Notes: a model not told the origin generated them from the sequence alone. Positions 10,717 to 23,900 are shown, counted from the whole stretch's first letter. The stretch is DNA of 57,994 nucleotides, filler included, from Porpidia crustulata (GCA_964255105.1; 4 parts of 4 records of this genome joined end to end with filler, not necessarily neighbours in it), one strand, 5' to 3'. Program-made: numbers and translations.

Positions 10717-12444
10717 TTAAACCGAGCCAGTCTCATGCCCCTCCCAATCCATGTCCACCACATTGTCGTTCTCGTCGACGCTGCTCACATCATCATTATC
10801 ATCATCGTCGTCGTCATTCGTTTCATCATCGGTGGTTTCGAGGAAAGCACATAGCCCGTCTATACTACCGCGCTCGAGGTCCTCCCTGTCCCCTCTGCCG
10901 CCTAAAATTGCATTTCTCTTCTTCGTTGTAGTATTTCTCGGTCCACGCTTCTTCCTATCCCTCCTCTTCCCCTCACTGCTGTCATTTTTGCTCTCACTTT
11001 CTTCGCTCTGCTTCTTCTCCAGGGACGACGCCCCTGCCCCAACTTCTTCACCGCTTTGCCTAGCCGCCTGTCGCTCCCTCTTCTTGCGGGCCTTCAATTG
11101 CTCGCTCGTCCATATGTCCTCCCACGTCTCTTTATTAATAAATCCGTGCAGCATCATATCTAGATAGTGATTCTCCATGCTTAAACCCCTTCTGATCCCC
11201 TCTCTCAATACTAGTTCCTCCACCTTCAAGAAAAGCTTCGGTTTCCCGTAGCCCCATCCCTCGTACTGTAACTGCCCCACCTCGTCGGCGGGAACACCGC
11301 AGACGGATAACCCATCCAGCGGGTCAGGTGGATCATAGTGGTGTCGAACGATGAGGCGGAGGAGATCCAGCTGGGAGGTCAGGGTACGCCGTTGGAGTGC
11401 GTGCAGGAGGAGCGTGAGACTGCGTTGGTTGAGCAGGAGGCTACTAAGTCCGGTCTCGCCGGTGCCCAACATTGGGTCGGTAAGACGCATGTCAAGTTTA
11501 ATGAAAAACATGGTCGCGACGAAGAGGTCCTTGTTGCTCCAGAAGGAGTTGTTGTGCATCAGGGCGATCCGGCGCGCGTTATCGCTAATGTCGAGCGTGA
11601 ACCAAATCTTCTTGAGGATTAAGCTTGTGCGCTTTGGGAGTCGATGGCCCTCGGTCGCCAAGCAAGCGATTATGCCATCGACGACGGATTCGCGGTAGAG
11701 GATCATGCGAAGCCAACGGAAGGAGGGAACGGAGCGGATGCACTCCTGTTCGATTGGGGTCACGCCACTGATGCTTGCAGCGTTCCTGGATGGGTCGGCT
11801 TGTACATAACGGATTGGAACGCTTTCGTTGGGCCGAGCAGCTGGATCAACCATGCAGAGGTTTCTATAGCATCTGAAAATGAATGTTTGACTCGACCCTG
11901 CTGCCTTCCCCACGCTTTGCGAAAGAATCATGGTCGTAAAGCGCGTATTGGCGAGGACGTGGAAGTCTTTGCTAATGGCATAAAGGGATACTAAGTCCTC
12001 GATGTCTAGTTGTTTGGTCATTTCCAATACTAGTTCCGGATGATTCAAGAGTGACTTGGAAACGCTGAACTCGCAACAGTTCAGCTCAGGGGTCGGTGTT
12101 GGAGGTGTAGAGACTCGGGTTGGTGCATCGCGAGGTTAGCTTAGGGGTGGACTCGCAAGGTGAGGCACTCTGGTTGGGGATACACTGGTGCGGCTGTCCG
12201 AGAGAGGGCCCTTTTGGGGGAATGAATTTATAGGGGGTGGAATAGTCTTCTGAGATCTGTTGGAGCCCTTCTGGTTGAATGTTAACGGTCTCTTGTGGGC
12301 CATGGCCAGAGCACTTGCTCTATCGGGAGCTGTTTTGAATGAATTGACGCCGATGTTGTCTTCACTATTAGAAACCCTCCGCTTCCTTTTCCGCTGTGGC
12401 GACCTGTCCCCTTCGTTGAGTATTCTGCTCAAGGGGAAGGCCAT
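10717..12444 (-). CDS. F-box-like uncharacterised protein; reading frame interrupted by one in-frame TAA (12138-12136)
   Basis: ORFs 12444-12136 and 12048-10717 are in the same frame and the sequence between them is open. LNHPELVLEMTKQLDIEDLVSLYAISKDFH resembles an F-box helix pattern; basic/acidic C-terminal tail. Confidence 0.65.
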
Positions 12445-13143
12445 GATTGGTCAGGGCCATTCAATCAGTGATATGAGCTACAAATGAAAAGTGTTGATGT
12501 TTTCTAGAAGTGACCAAACACCATCAGATGATCTGGATCAGGATGATTTGATAAGATAAGTACAAATGCGAGTGCCATATCCCAGGGATTGTAAATGAAC
12601 GAGAGATAGATGCTAAGAAGACGGATGGCCAGCACTGAGCATGTGGTACATGCTAATTGTTACATGAGGCCTATTGGCATTTATTTGAATAGGAGCTTTA
12701 TTGACTTAGCCTAATACCTCCGAAACACCAGAAGTGAAGTCAATCCTAGTCTCGGCATATTGACGTCTTTGTGCGGGCAATACGGGCCCGTGGGATGCTT
12801 CACATGTAATGAGTAGCGTTACCTTACACAGAGATGTTGACTAAATGACGATAAGAGGATCTAAACAAGGACGATGGGGTTTGGGTTACTGTGGTGGAAA
12901 TATATGTATTGGCACTCTAGAACGTGGGGTGCTTGTATGCTGATCAACAAAAACCTCTTATGCCTGTTGAACGACAAATCACCCATATCATTGAGACCAT
13001 GTGGTCACCAGAATATCGTCGCCCCAGCGCTTGGTCTTGACGAGGTGGATGAACACCGTCAACGCTAGTCATTGCTCCTGAAATGCTCCTTTCCAACTCC
13101 GGTGGCCTGTAAATACTGATATCTTGACATGCCCTAGAAATAA

Positions 13144-14257
13144 TCATCTGCGATTCAAAAGGCTTAGGAACTCTTCTCTAGTTTTCGCACTCGATCGCAT
13201 ACAGCCAAGCATACAGCTTGTGGTAGTCATCGCTCCAGGCTTTTGTACTCCTCGCATGACCATGCATAAGTGACTTGACTCCATTACAACAGCTACACCC
13301 TGTGGTTTCAGCACTTCCGCAATGGCAAGCGCCACCTGTTTTGTTAGCCGTTCTTGGACTTGAAGCCGCCGGGAAAACATCTCTGCGAGGCGCGCCAACT
13401 TGGATAGTCCCAGAACTCGTCGGTTTGGAATATAGCCAATGTGTATCTTTGCGATAGGTTAAATGACAACGACAGATCTGGGGCAAGTCATCCGGGGAAC
13501 CTTTGGAGCAGCGTACCTTGCCAGTAAACGGAACCATGTGGTGTTCACACAGCGAAAAAACCTCGATGTCTTTCACAATTACCAACTCATCATGGTCTTC
13601 ATGAAACACAGCCCCGTTCACCAAGTCTCGCACGTTCTCTTCGTAGCCTTTTGTGAAAAATAACATAGCCTTGGCATACCTTTCGGGGGTGCCCCGGAGG
13701 CCTTCGCGCTTTGGATCCTCACCAATACATTCCAGTATGGTTGTAATGGCACCTTCCAGCTTCTGTAGACGTTCATCTGCTTGTCTGGGAGTAGCTTCAA
13801 GGCGTGCCCTTGTCCCGAGACCTAGCCGTAGTATTCAGCAGCGTTCCTGACATCCCGTTGCAGAGTGCTATTTACTTGGCCAGCTCAACCCATCAAAGTC
13901 GATTGGCGGGTTCAAAGTGTACGGACTCGCAGGTCGATCCGAAGGGGGAGGCGTAGGTGGTGCTTTGTCTCTAGGGTCTCTAGCCTCTCTATCGAGCTTG
14001 ATATGCCCATTGGGCGTTCTTGACGGCTCTGAATCATCCTCTGAGTCATCTTCGTCGCAATTCAGAAGTGGCTCTTCCAGTGAGCGTAGATCTACTGGCG
14101 GTCGTGGTTGGTTTGAAGCGGTAATCGAAGCTGCAAGCCTTTCTCGCTCTTTATGGCCAACCGACGGGCGTCTTGGTGAACGTAAAGTCGAGCCGCCGTT
14201 GAGGAGGTGGGATGGTAATGCAGATTTTGGCTGCGGAGGCGACGGTGGAGAATCCAT
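13144..14257 (-). CDS. FOL2: GTP cyclohydrolase I
   Basis: [74 protein letters not shown]; two GT-AG introns. Confidence 0.96.
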
Positions 14258-14468
14258 AGATTTCTAGAACCAAATTGCACTCACAGATGCTACAACAGCT
14301 ATTCCAAGACTTCCGAAACATGTAGAAACAAGGCCGGCATTATATAAGTCATGTTAAAGAGCCCTCGAATAAGGTGTACGTGCTCGAAGTGGTCGCTTGG
14401 ACAAACTTTTGCTAGTATCGCTGTGTGCAAATTGGTATGGCCGATTTTTGAATTTAGCGAAAACGAAA

Positions 14469-14568
14469 NNNNNNNNNNNNNNNNNNNNNNNNNNNNNNNN
14501 NNNNNNNNNNNNTTAATTAATTAANNNNNNNNNNNNNNNNNNNNNNNNNNNNNNNNNNNNNNNNNNNN
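14469..14568. other. artificial contig spacer N44-TTAATTAATTAA-N44
   Basis: 100-nt pad with six-frame stops; identical copies at 28999 and 43519. Confidence 0.97.
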
Positions 14569-16038
14569 CTCACCACCCTCTGCCCCTCCACGCTCTCGTC
14601 GACCCGCCACCCGCGCTCCGGCCTCTCCCACGGCACCAGCGCCAACCGCGTCGGCACGCCGCTGACGGCACTCCGGCCGCGGAACGTCTCCTCGACCAGG
14701 TACCCGACGTCAGAGACCGTGAGCGGGAGCTTGAGGCCGACGGCGTCGGTGCCGGTGCTGCGGATGAGTCGTTCGGCGAGGGATTGCAGGCGTGCGAGGA
14801 TTTCTTCGTATAGCTTATCGCGGGCTTTGCCGGGCGTGGGACCATGGGGGTAGGCGGTGATTTCGAGGATTACGAAGTTGGCGGCGGTGTAGCCGAAGAC
14901 TGCCGGCATGGTTCCAAGCACGGGGAGGATGCGGGCACGGAAGTCGGGGAGGACGCTCAGCTGGTCGATTTGGCCTTTGGCGAATTCTTCCTCTGGAAGG
15001 GGAAGAAGTTGCGCTTTTGACGGGTCGGGTTTTTCTGTGGAGTAGACGACAGGGATGCCTTCGCTGATACCGGCAAGGCGGAGGCGGCGGCGAGTGGCAC
15101 GGGAGAGGGGGTCTTCAGTGGTGGCGCTAATGTCATCAATGCAGACGCGGGTTGGATCACTCTTACAGCCTGCGCCCATGGAGCTGATAATGGGAATCTT
15201 GTGGGTGTAACAGTATTCTAATAGCGCGACTTTGCTGTCAATGTTATCAATGGCGTCAATCACGTAATCGGGTTTTCCCTCGGAACTGCCCCAGCCACCA
15301 AGGAGCCTGTCGGCCTTTTCAACCGAGAATATCTCATTGAGGCATTCCCATTGTATCCATGGGGCTACGGCTTCGAGGCGCTTGCGAACGCAGTGCACCT
15401 TTGGAGTACCGACGTCTGCAAGAGTGGCGACAGCATGGCGGTTGAGGGAGGATAGAGTGACCTGGTCAAAATCGATGAGGCGGATTCGGGAGACGCTGGA
15501 GCGGGCGAGGGCGGAGGCACAATGGGAGCCCACACCTCCAAGACCCACGATTGTGATGGTGCAGGAGCGAAGTTTAGCGAAGCGGGGAGGGGTGAGAAAG
15601 GAGGAGGTGCGAGTGAGTTGCTCTGTCAAGAGATCTTTCATAGGATTAGTTATGTTCTTCGGGGAAAGCTAGTGGGGTGGTGATGCCTTGTGAATAGTCA
15701 CCCTGCTGGGCCCGGCGAGCTAGAGCAGCAGCACGATCATCCTCATTACTGGATTTAGGAAGAGGGGCGGCGCCACCATAGTCTGTGAGCTTCACTGGGA
15801 CAGTCAATGAGAGGTCGTTCCGTACTCGAATACTTTGAAGGGTAGGAGAACGTACCCGCTCCGCATGATGGCTTTCGTTAAGCTCCGGGATCGAGGCTTT
15901 CAACTCATTAACGGCAGCCTTTCGACGGATCGCTTGGGATCCATAGATGAGGCCTGCGACTGCAACGCCAGAAATGACAGCCGTTGCCGCGAGTTGAACT
16001 TGGTGAGAGGAAGCTTGACGTTCAAGCCAGGAGGACAT
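14569..16038 (-). CDS. tRNA threonylcarbamoyladenosine dehydratase (ThiF/E1-like, Tcd1/Tcd2 family); 3' end cut by contig end
   Basis: N-terminal TM (VQLAATAVISGVAVAGLIYG), VGLGGVGS, LIDFDQVTLSSLNRH, DAIDNIDSK, SSMGAGCKSDP, ILPVLGTMPAVFG; two introns. Start is MSSWLERQ at 16038 or the upstream ATG at 16113. Confidence 0.92.
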
Positions 16039-17273
16039 GCTTTCTGGTGGTGCAGATGGCTCTGAAGTGAAGCGAACGGTTTCCCTAGGTCTAGGACTGT
16101 TATTGGATTCCATCGCAGAATCGAAGGAATGATTTGGTCATTGTCAAATTGACCAGACTGTTCATCCTGAATATGGATTAAATGGTTGAATCAGCCCTGT
16201 GAATGACATGGCACACTAGCGCTGTCGATCTCCCGAGTTGCCTCTGACCTGTTCGCGTCAAACAAATAACCCACAACAGAAACAATGTTATGGTCAGGTA
16301 AGACCTCTCAGTAATTACTTCTCCATGCGGCTACAATTTTCTAGAGCTGATAAACCCATGCAGTTTGGCTCAATGCAGAAACCATCACCTGAGCTCCACG
16401 AAGTCCCCCCCTTCCTGCTCCTCCCTGAGGAATCCAGGCAAGCTCGGCGCGACTCATGACTGAGAGACGTGAACAGAAATCTTAGAGTCTCCTAGCCTGA
16501 TCCATTCGGCGACTCCATTTCTCCTCTATATTCGACCTTCAAGTTTTCCTGTCCTGCATTTGCCAGAGCCGGGGAAAGCCATGTTTTCGGTACCCTTAGG
16601 TGCTTGGGGAAACGACGTGCAGCAGCCGTGACGACACTATCTTCTCGGAGACGGCGTGCTGTCCAACTTGCGAATTCCTGTCGTGGGAGGGAGCTTGAAG
16701 GTTGCGGGAAACGGCGTTGGTGATGAGGCATTTTGTAGTTTTCAATCGGAGAGGCGTTTTTGCTCCGTCAGTACTCCCTGGTCGAAGTCTATGTGGCTCA
16801 TCTTCACAATTTTCATAGGTTAGCGGTACCTAGTACTGTTCTAAGGGATCAAAGCCCCTTTTCCCACTCGAGTAATTGTTTGAGCAGGAAGCGAGATTGT
16901 TGAGCGGGAAGAGGGATGGAAGAGGCTCAGTGATGAGAAACCGTGTCAAAAGCCAAAGTCTAAAGGGCAGCCTGCTGGAAGCGAAGCTGCTTGAATGAGC
17001 GGGCTCGGAGCAGGCATGGTTGTCGATGAGAACTAGAGAGCTAATCTGAGAGCCTACAAGAGAAGGTGTGAATGAGATTGATTGTCATGGACGAGTGCGT
17101 CGTTAAATCGCGTTCCTGCTTCTTTGGGAAATGGTATCAAAGCTATAATATTATGATCCCTTTCAGTGGCTGCTGTTATCCCTCCCCCCCAGGTGATATG
17201 CAAACGAAGTCCAAGTATTTGCCCTCGTGCAACATTACTCCAACCATATTCTATCCCATCATTGTACCGTTTC

Positions 17274-18144
17274 CTACTTATTCGTAGCCTTGAGATGCCA
17301 TTCAAACACCTTCTGGAAGATTCCCTTTCCATTGCTCTCAATCACGTCCCCGTGGCAAGGGATAATTTTATCAAAGTCCCAGCTGTTGATCTTCTTGACG
17401 CTCCGGTTGAAGTCCGGCCGATCACTCGCACTAGCCGCATACCACAGAAACCTCTTCTGCCAATTCGCCGTTCCGACTGTGCTTTGAAATGTGATGAAGA
17501 ATCTCGTCAAGAACCCTTGTGTCGGGCCTTCCTTCGAGCGGGAATACTGTTCGTTTGCAGGTAGATTGAACATCATGTCCGCCTCAATCAGCGTCCTATC
17601 CGGCTTGTGACAAAATACTAGTTCCTTGTTCGCATGGCTGCCGACATATTCGTAATCAAATTCCCGGTCAAACTCAGGATCGACGGTGAAAGTTTCTTTA
17701 TTCTTCTTCGTCCACACATGTGAGAACTTTGAGCCTGCGGTTTCCTTATTTGACTCGCGCTTTTCTGGAAGTCCCTCGACCCCCAGAAGTTTGGCATTGG
17801 GATAGGCTTTGGACCATTCCGAGAGGAATATGTGGTGCTCAAAGTCCATGGCACTAACATATGCGACATTATTACCGAGCTGTTCAACTGTAGACCGGAC
17901 TTCAGGGGTGAGGGCGGTAGGTGAGAAGACAGCTAGAGCGCCAGATTGGAGACGCACTGCAAAGAGGTCAGCTTGATGGTGCTTGCTGGTAATAGTGCAC
18001 TTGAGACGTACCAATGGTGCCTCGTCCTCCAACCCGTAGACGGCCAAATCGAGCGAACGGCGCGGAGCAGGTGGTGATATTGGGGGTCACTTTGCGAATC
18101 ACCATCACTGAGGACGGGTCTGAAGGGATGAGCTTGGAAGCCAT
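17274..18144 (-). CDS. DUF4336-like, metallo-beta-lactamase-fold protein
   Basis: MASKLIPSDPSSVMVIRKV...PFARFGRLRVGGRGTI, intron, VRLQSGALAVFSP, DFEHHIF, ELVFCHKPDRTLIEADMMFNLP, WDFDKIIPCHGD. Confidence 0.85.
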
Positions 18145-18925
18145 AACGAGTCTTTGCACTGATCGTAATAGTAAGGAAGGTTCTTATTGTGCTGATTCGA
18201 TCGAACGTTGATCAATCTCAAGAACAAGCAAAATTGGGGGGACGAGTCAGAATATGTATGCGAACTATTTGCATTTATATGAATATGTTCACTAAACTTG
18301 ATAATCTCACTAATCAGCCATATTTAAGTGGTGAAGTTGACTTGTAGTGGCGGACGGGATACTCGGTCGAAATCGCAAGATCGAGCTTCAGGGCCGTCGT
18401 CATGGTTCTCTAAAAGGGTAAAGAGCGCCCGAGGCCGCGAAGTTTTATATGAGGCGTCACACATGTTTTGCGTCTGAAGGCTCTCACTACGCGTTCAATG
18501 TGCTCTGTAATGGAAGTAACAGCTTTGCGTCTAAGCTGTCGAATGCTGGCCCCAGTCTCCACTTGCCGCTGTGCTCAGACTTCGTGACAAGATCTGTGCA
18601 GCTCTGACACATGCAATTTGCATCATTTGCCTAGGACGGCTTATGGCTTAATTACTGTAATTAGCAACAACCCCTGCAGGCCCCAAGTCCGAAGTGCTTC
18701 CGAAACCTCGGCATCTTGAAAAGATATCAAGATATGCGGAGAACTGGAACCAGATACTTGGCCACCAATGTAGCTAAGCACCTTGCCTATGAGTCTGAAT
18801 TAAAGCATTTAGAATTCATCCACCGACACGATATTCAATAGTTGCCTCGCATTCCCCAGACTGCTATTTTCCTTGCAGTTTGCTTCGGTCGAACACATCA
18901 CAGTAGCGAACGTCTGATTTCTTAT

Positions 18926-20031
18926 CTACTTCTGTTCTTTCACTCCGTCAACATAGACATCTACCTTCTCATTATAGAAACACACATGCCCAGCAATCAG
19001 AGCCGACTCCGCAGTTGGATACTTGTACCACCATACGACATCTTTGTACTCCTCTTCATTGATCTTGGCGGAATAGTACTTTGACTCGCCTTTGTATGGG
19101 CAGTATGACGTGGTGTCTGTACTACTGAAATACTGCCATTGGACCTGGAATCGTACATGTATCAGCCGGAATCTACTTTCAGGTAGTACATCCACTTGGC
19201 TTACAGATGGCTTTGGCATGTAGAACCTAGGCCGCAAGCCAGTCTCATACAGGAACATGTTGCAGCCGCTCTCCGCCACGACTACGCCGTCGATCTTAAC
19301 GGTGATATTCCGGGACGACGGGAGGACATCGATGCGTTTGTACGGGTCTTTGGGATGGCCGTATATCGGCTGATCCTCTTCGAACCAGGAGTCTGCTTTG
19401 GTCAGGGTGTCTATTATCTGTATACACGAAATTTCAATATACCGAGAGTACCAAGCTCAAACCTGATAAGACCGGCAAGCGGTCCCTTTTCAAACACAAG
19501 AATTTGGTCTGTAGCCTTATTTGCCCCCTTCAATGTAGCCAAGAATGCCGAACCCTCTTTGTCCACGGCGCCGTTCTTTATCAAATTACCGCCTATTGCC
19601 TCAGCAGTAATATAATACTGGGGAAACCATGGATGCTCCCACACATGGCGGGCGGCTGTGGTGTCAAAGACCCAGTGGCTGTCATATAAACCTCGTACAC
19701 GGCGACTGGTTATCTCAACTTTGTGCGGGCCTTTGGCGAGAAGGTCCAAGGCGATTTTCGTTAAGCTTTATCTTCATCAGTCATTCAAATACGCCACATC
19801 AGGAACCTGTAATGGCATAACAGTCGAAGAATCGAAACTTGAATGATGTAGGAAATAAATGAATCATACAAGCTGGAGCGAAAGCGAAGGAAAGGGATGG
19901 GATTGCGTATGCAGCTTCCAAACAGCGTTGGACATATTGAAGAAACGGCCCATGATAGATACCAACTTAGAAATCTTCCTCTTTAACCCAAAAGCTCACA
20001 TCGAGAAAATCAAAACAACGTACTTAGACAT
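18926..20031 (-). CDS. tandem DUF427-domain protein; start uncertain
   Basis: RRVRGLY...HVWEHPWFPQYY, GHPKDPYKRID, LYETGLRPRFY, TSYCPYKGESKYY, VWWYKYP...IAGHVCFYNEKVD. The start ATGTCTAA|gtacgt at 20031 is inferred. Confidence 0.85.
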
Positions 20032-20984
20032 GGCCGATTTCTCCAAAGCCCTCTTTCTCTTCTATCGTCCAAAGCTTCAAGATGCCTCATCCTATTAATA
20101 TTTTCTCCAGCATATCCGACCCCTCCCGTACGCTTGGTCACCAATAATGCATGCTTAGTCACAACCTTAGATGCCCAGCTCCGATGACTTACCTTTCTAC
20201 CACTTGAATGAAAGATTCCAGAATGTACGCTTCTGCCATGGAAGCGGTGGATTCGATTTCTCATCATGACAAAGACATATTGCAGTTTGGTGGCAATTCA
20301 TGTCGTGATTCGACCTTCGAGGATGCCATGAATAAAAGTACTTCTTCGGAATCCCTTGTGATCACGCTCTTGGAGTCAGATAGTGAGTAGTCCTAATAGA
20401 CGTTAGAGGCAAGGAAAGGGTATCGGGTTTTCAGAGTTAGCTATTTGATAAGGGAAAAAGCTAGGATGGGCGATGTAGGTCGATATCTGAGTCGTAAGAC
20501 ACGAAAAGCGTTGCATGTTGCTTTTGATGGTCTGTGAGATGCAAAGTATCTAGCATAAGTACTGGCAGCGTTTGTTTGACGTAGAGATGGAATGTAGCAT
20601 GATATTTGCATGAGCTACCTGCTAGCATGTTCGTTTTTTATGAAGCAGAAGAGTGTGGAGGCGTATATAATAGAAAGTGTGTCCGAGGTTGCGGGGCCTT
20701 TAACTTCGACCGAGAGGGCGCTTGCGTGTGGTTGTAACGAGAAATGGCAGCACCTATGTAATCCAACTTAGAGAGTTACATTTTACCAATGTGACCGAAT
20801 GCTAGATAGAAATCGCAATTCAAAGAGTTCATGTGCTGATAGTTTACACTTAGAAGGTATCAATGACTGTTCTTCGGCTTCCATATTTACAAAGGAGCCC
20901 CGAACTCCAGTACGCTCATGCACTGAAACCGTGAGTAGTCGCAGTCAGCTGTCTTGGAAGAATTAACTCACTGATCATATCACA

Positions 20985-21969
20985 TCATTCATTGACCACA
21001 CGAAGATTGTTACCCCTGTGTCCTGGCATACTTTTCTTCAGTACGCCTCCAACTCCTTGTCTTTCCCTTTCCCTGGTCGATTGGCTGAATCTGCCGCTCT
21101 CTATCTCCTCTCTCCCGGCGTGAGCCACCTCCTCGTGCGCAGCAACTGACTCAGGCGGGGCATTGAACCGTCTGTCCACCGCTGAATTGAGTGTTCCACG
21201 AAGGGTTTCGCCGGCGCCCTGTTTCGACGTGAGCTACTGCCATGAACTGCTTCTAGCCTGGCAAATAAGAGCTCACATGCAGCCCTATAGCAGCAGTCTT
21301 CAATCCCTGCATCGTTCCGCCTTGCGAGGCCGTGCTCGGCGTTCCTCCTCCTCTACCGTAAGGGTATGAGAAATTGGGTCCAGTGGGGCTGGTTCCGGGA
21401 CTGTGCTCTCTGATCGTGCTTTGCGGGATCTGTACGCCAGAGGCCTGTTCTCGAGCGCCAAATTGAGTATTGGGAGGGTTCGGGCTTCGCTCCCTCATTG
21501 TACTTCTTGCTGGTATTGGTGGGCCATCGTAACGGTCTTCCGGCTGCGGGTTCGAGCTCCAGCTATCGCGGTTTTCACTGGTACTGTATGTGGGTTTATT
21601 CACGAGGGTTGAAGTTTGCTGAGGTTGGCCACCGCTTGTAGTCGTAGTCTTTCATGAAGTGAGCCAGCCCATCCATCGCCAAAACTATGATCCCTGCCCA
21701 AGTGGAGGGGAGAGCAAACGAGGGCAACTCACAGTTGTAGTCGTTGTTGTGGTTACTACTTGATTTTGAGAGGCATCGTGGTGGCTGTTACGAGTCGCAT
21801 CGCTCCCTGTGACACTAGGTACTGTGTTTGTGCTCGCTGGTTGGGAAGATGCAGGCTCGCTACCCCCGTAGGTAGAGTCTGGTTGCGCTGAATTCTTGTT
21901 GGAATTTGAAGGCAGGATGCCCGAGAGGTGCCATCGGGAGCGCTTCTCCTTTTGCGTCGAGTCAGGCAT
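20985..21969 (-). CDS. hypothetical protein, Ser/Thr/Pro-rich, with C-terminal helix GLHGAGETLRGTLNSAVD
   Basis: Three ORF pieces joined by two GT-AG introns; TTTTTTT run; GLKTAAIGLH|GAGETLRGTLNSAVDRRF...GREEIESGRF block. Confidence 0.75.
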
Positions 21970-22749
21970 TCTTTGTGTTCATTCGATAGCTCGACGGATA
22001 TTTGCGACACAAATTGAACAGACTTTAGGGATATGAAGCGCAATGTACTTGTTTCGAAGGATATGGGACTGCGCCACATGTCTGACGTCAAGGATGCTAT
22101 AGATTGTGGCTTGTGTGCGATTGAGTGCTAGTCTATATCTATGGCGCGCGTGTCTCCGAGGCCAAAATGCAAAGTAGTAATTGATTTACAGTGATTGGAC
22201 CAACTTATTTTCAAGTTCCTTTTTTTACCAGCTTGCCTTACCTACACCACGCAATGACAAGTCGTGCCTTCCAACTCAGCAAAATTTGTCAATTGAGCAA
22301 TTCTACAGCGCCTAACCTGTTAACACTTCTATTGATTGCTTCCCAATTTTGATCATCTCTGGTGTCTGCACGTGTTGGACCTCAACCCATGCACCACCCA
22401 TTAGGCTCTAAGCTCTTTCATTTCCTTGTTTGCATCATCATTATTCGTCAGTTCAGGAGTGCATCACGGATCCTCCCAAGACTCAAATCATCATTTTCCC
22501 TATCATTACTTAGATCCCCAATCGTTGATTTATGGAATGCTCTGTCATTACAGTCGATGCTGTCAATCTCGACCCGGGTTTCTCGTGCAATTGTATACAA
22601 GTGGGGAGATCGAAGATGTTTTCATGCTCATTGCCCATCATATAAGTTTCAAATGCGATGCTCTTTTAATGTGGTGTTGTGAGTTTCTTCTGCAATATTA
22701 AAATCCTAAGGGCTCGCATTAGCCATCTAATCCACCCACTCATGTGTGA

Positions 22750-23500
22750 AAGATAGAATACCATTATTGATGATGGTAGAAAGCCGCAAGAATGACACCA
22801 TTGAGGAGGGCGGATGCGTCCTTCGAAATATCCAACTGCATGCTCTCTTCTATAAGTTTGCGGCCGAGCCTCGTCAAACGGGTTTTCCTTTTCCGTAATC
22901 CTCTCAATCGTTTTGGATAAGTAGTTGAAGCCGGCCCAAGATATATGGACCGCCCGTTGTAAGCTTAAGGTGAATCAAGCAGCAAGGCGAGGTATGCATC
23001 TTTGCGGCTGTCGTTTTACAAATCCTCCGTCCAATATTGCTCTTCTGCGGAGTAATTTGGATGGTGTACCTAGTAACAAGCTCCACCGATGCGGATAGAT
23101 TCAACACTTCGCTTTCAATGTCATAATCGTTCGATCGCGAGAACGGAAATAAAGAAAGCAATTTGCGGACGGTGGGGCAGTACCGCTGGAGTTACTTCAA
23201 TAATGGGATGCCATTCTCTGGTACTTGTTTTGTACGATGATGAGATTGGGCCTATTTGTAGGATATCAGGACTGGTCCTCCATGGTCTTAGATATACGTT
23301 CCTAGTGTGGATCTGACTGGCGTTCTCCAAACTCTAGAATGCCATCTATGTTTACCTACTGGTAGCCATCGGTCCAACTGCGTATTGAAATTTAGTATAT
23401 TGGCTTCCCTCTCATTGGGTCTTACATTGTTTGGTGGGAGCCATCAGCCGGAAATTAACATTTATCGGTACCTGGTAGACGAGCTGCAGGATCCTCTTTT
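22750..23500 (-). pseudogene. probable degraded F-box/LRR-type gene relic
   Basis: Protein-like fragments across frames with stops and shifts: DYDIESEVLNLSASVELV / HPNYSAEEQYWTEDL*NDSRKDAYLALLL / HLKLTTGGPYILGRLQLLIQ. Confidence 0.3.
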
Positions 23501-23900
23501 ATGCATTAGACATCTGATTCTGGGGCTATGCGACCCGTGGATGCTTGATAGAGACGGCATATCCATTGGGACATCAGTGAATATGCACCCGGAGAAAGAC
23601 AATATAAGCCAGCAATCTACAAGCAAAATCGTCATCATCAAAAACGGAACAATGACTCAGCGTGACGGAGGAGTATGAATTTGGTTGTACAAAAGCTTCA
23701 AGAATCGCTTCTTTCTTCTACTATTTCTACTGAAAACATAGTATATTTGCCATATGAGAGAACGCCAAAGCTTCCCGTCTGGAAAGCGCGTAAGACCGAT
23801 TTGAGAATGGGCAAACAAATACCCATTGATGGCCCTTCTATTCAGGCGACCAACATAAATTCCACATGCACTTTAAAACCCCCCGAACGCTCATGCACTC

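Noticed and set aside
14513..14524. TTAATTAATTAA as a biological repeat or piggyBac-like TTAA site
   Set aside because: Always centred in exactly N44 flanks, in three identical copies: an artificial linker.
16200..17050. Short ORFs between TCD and the DUF4336-like gene
   Set aside because: No recognisable motif or convincing splice structure.
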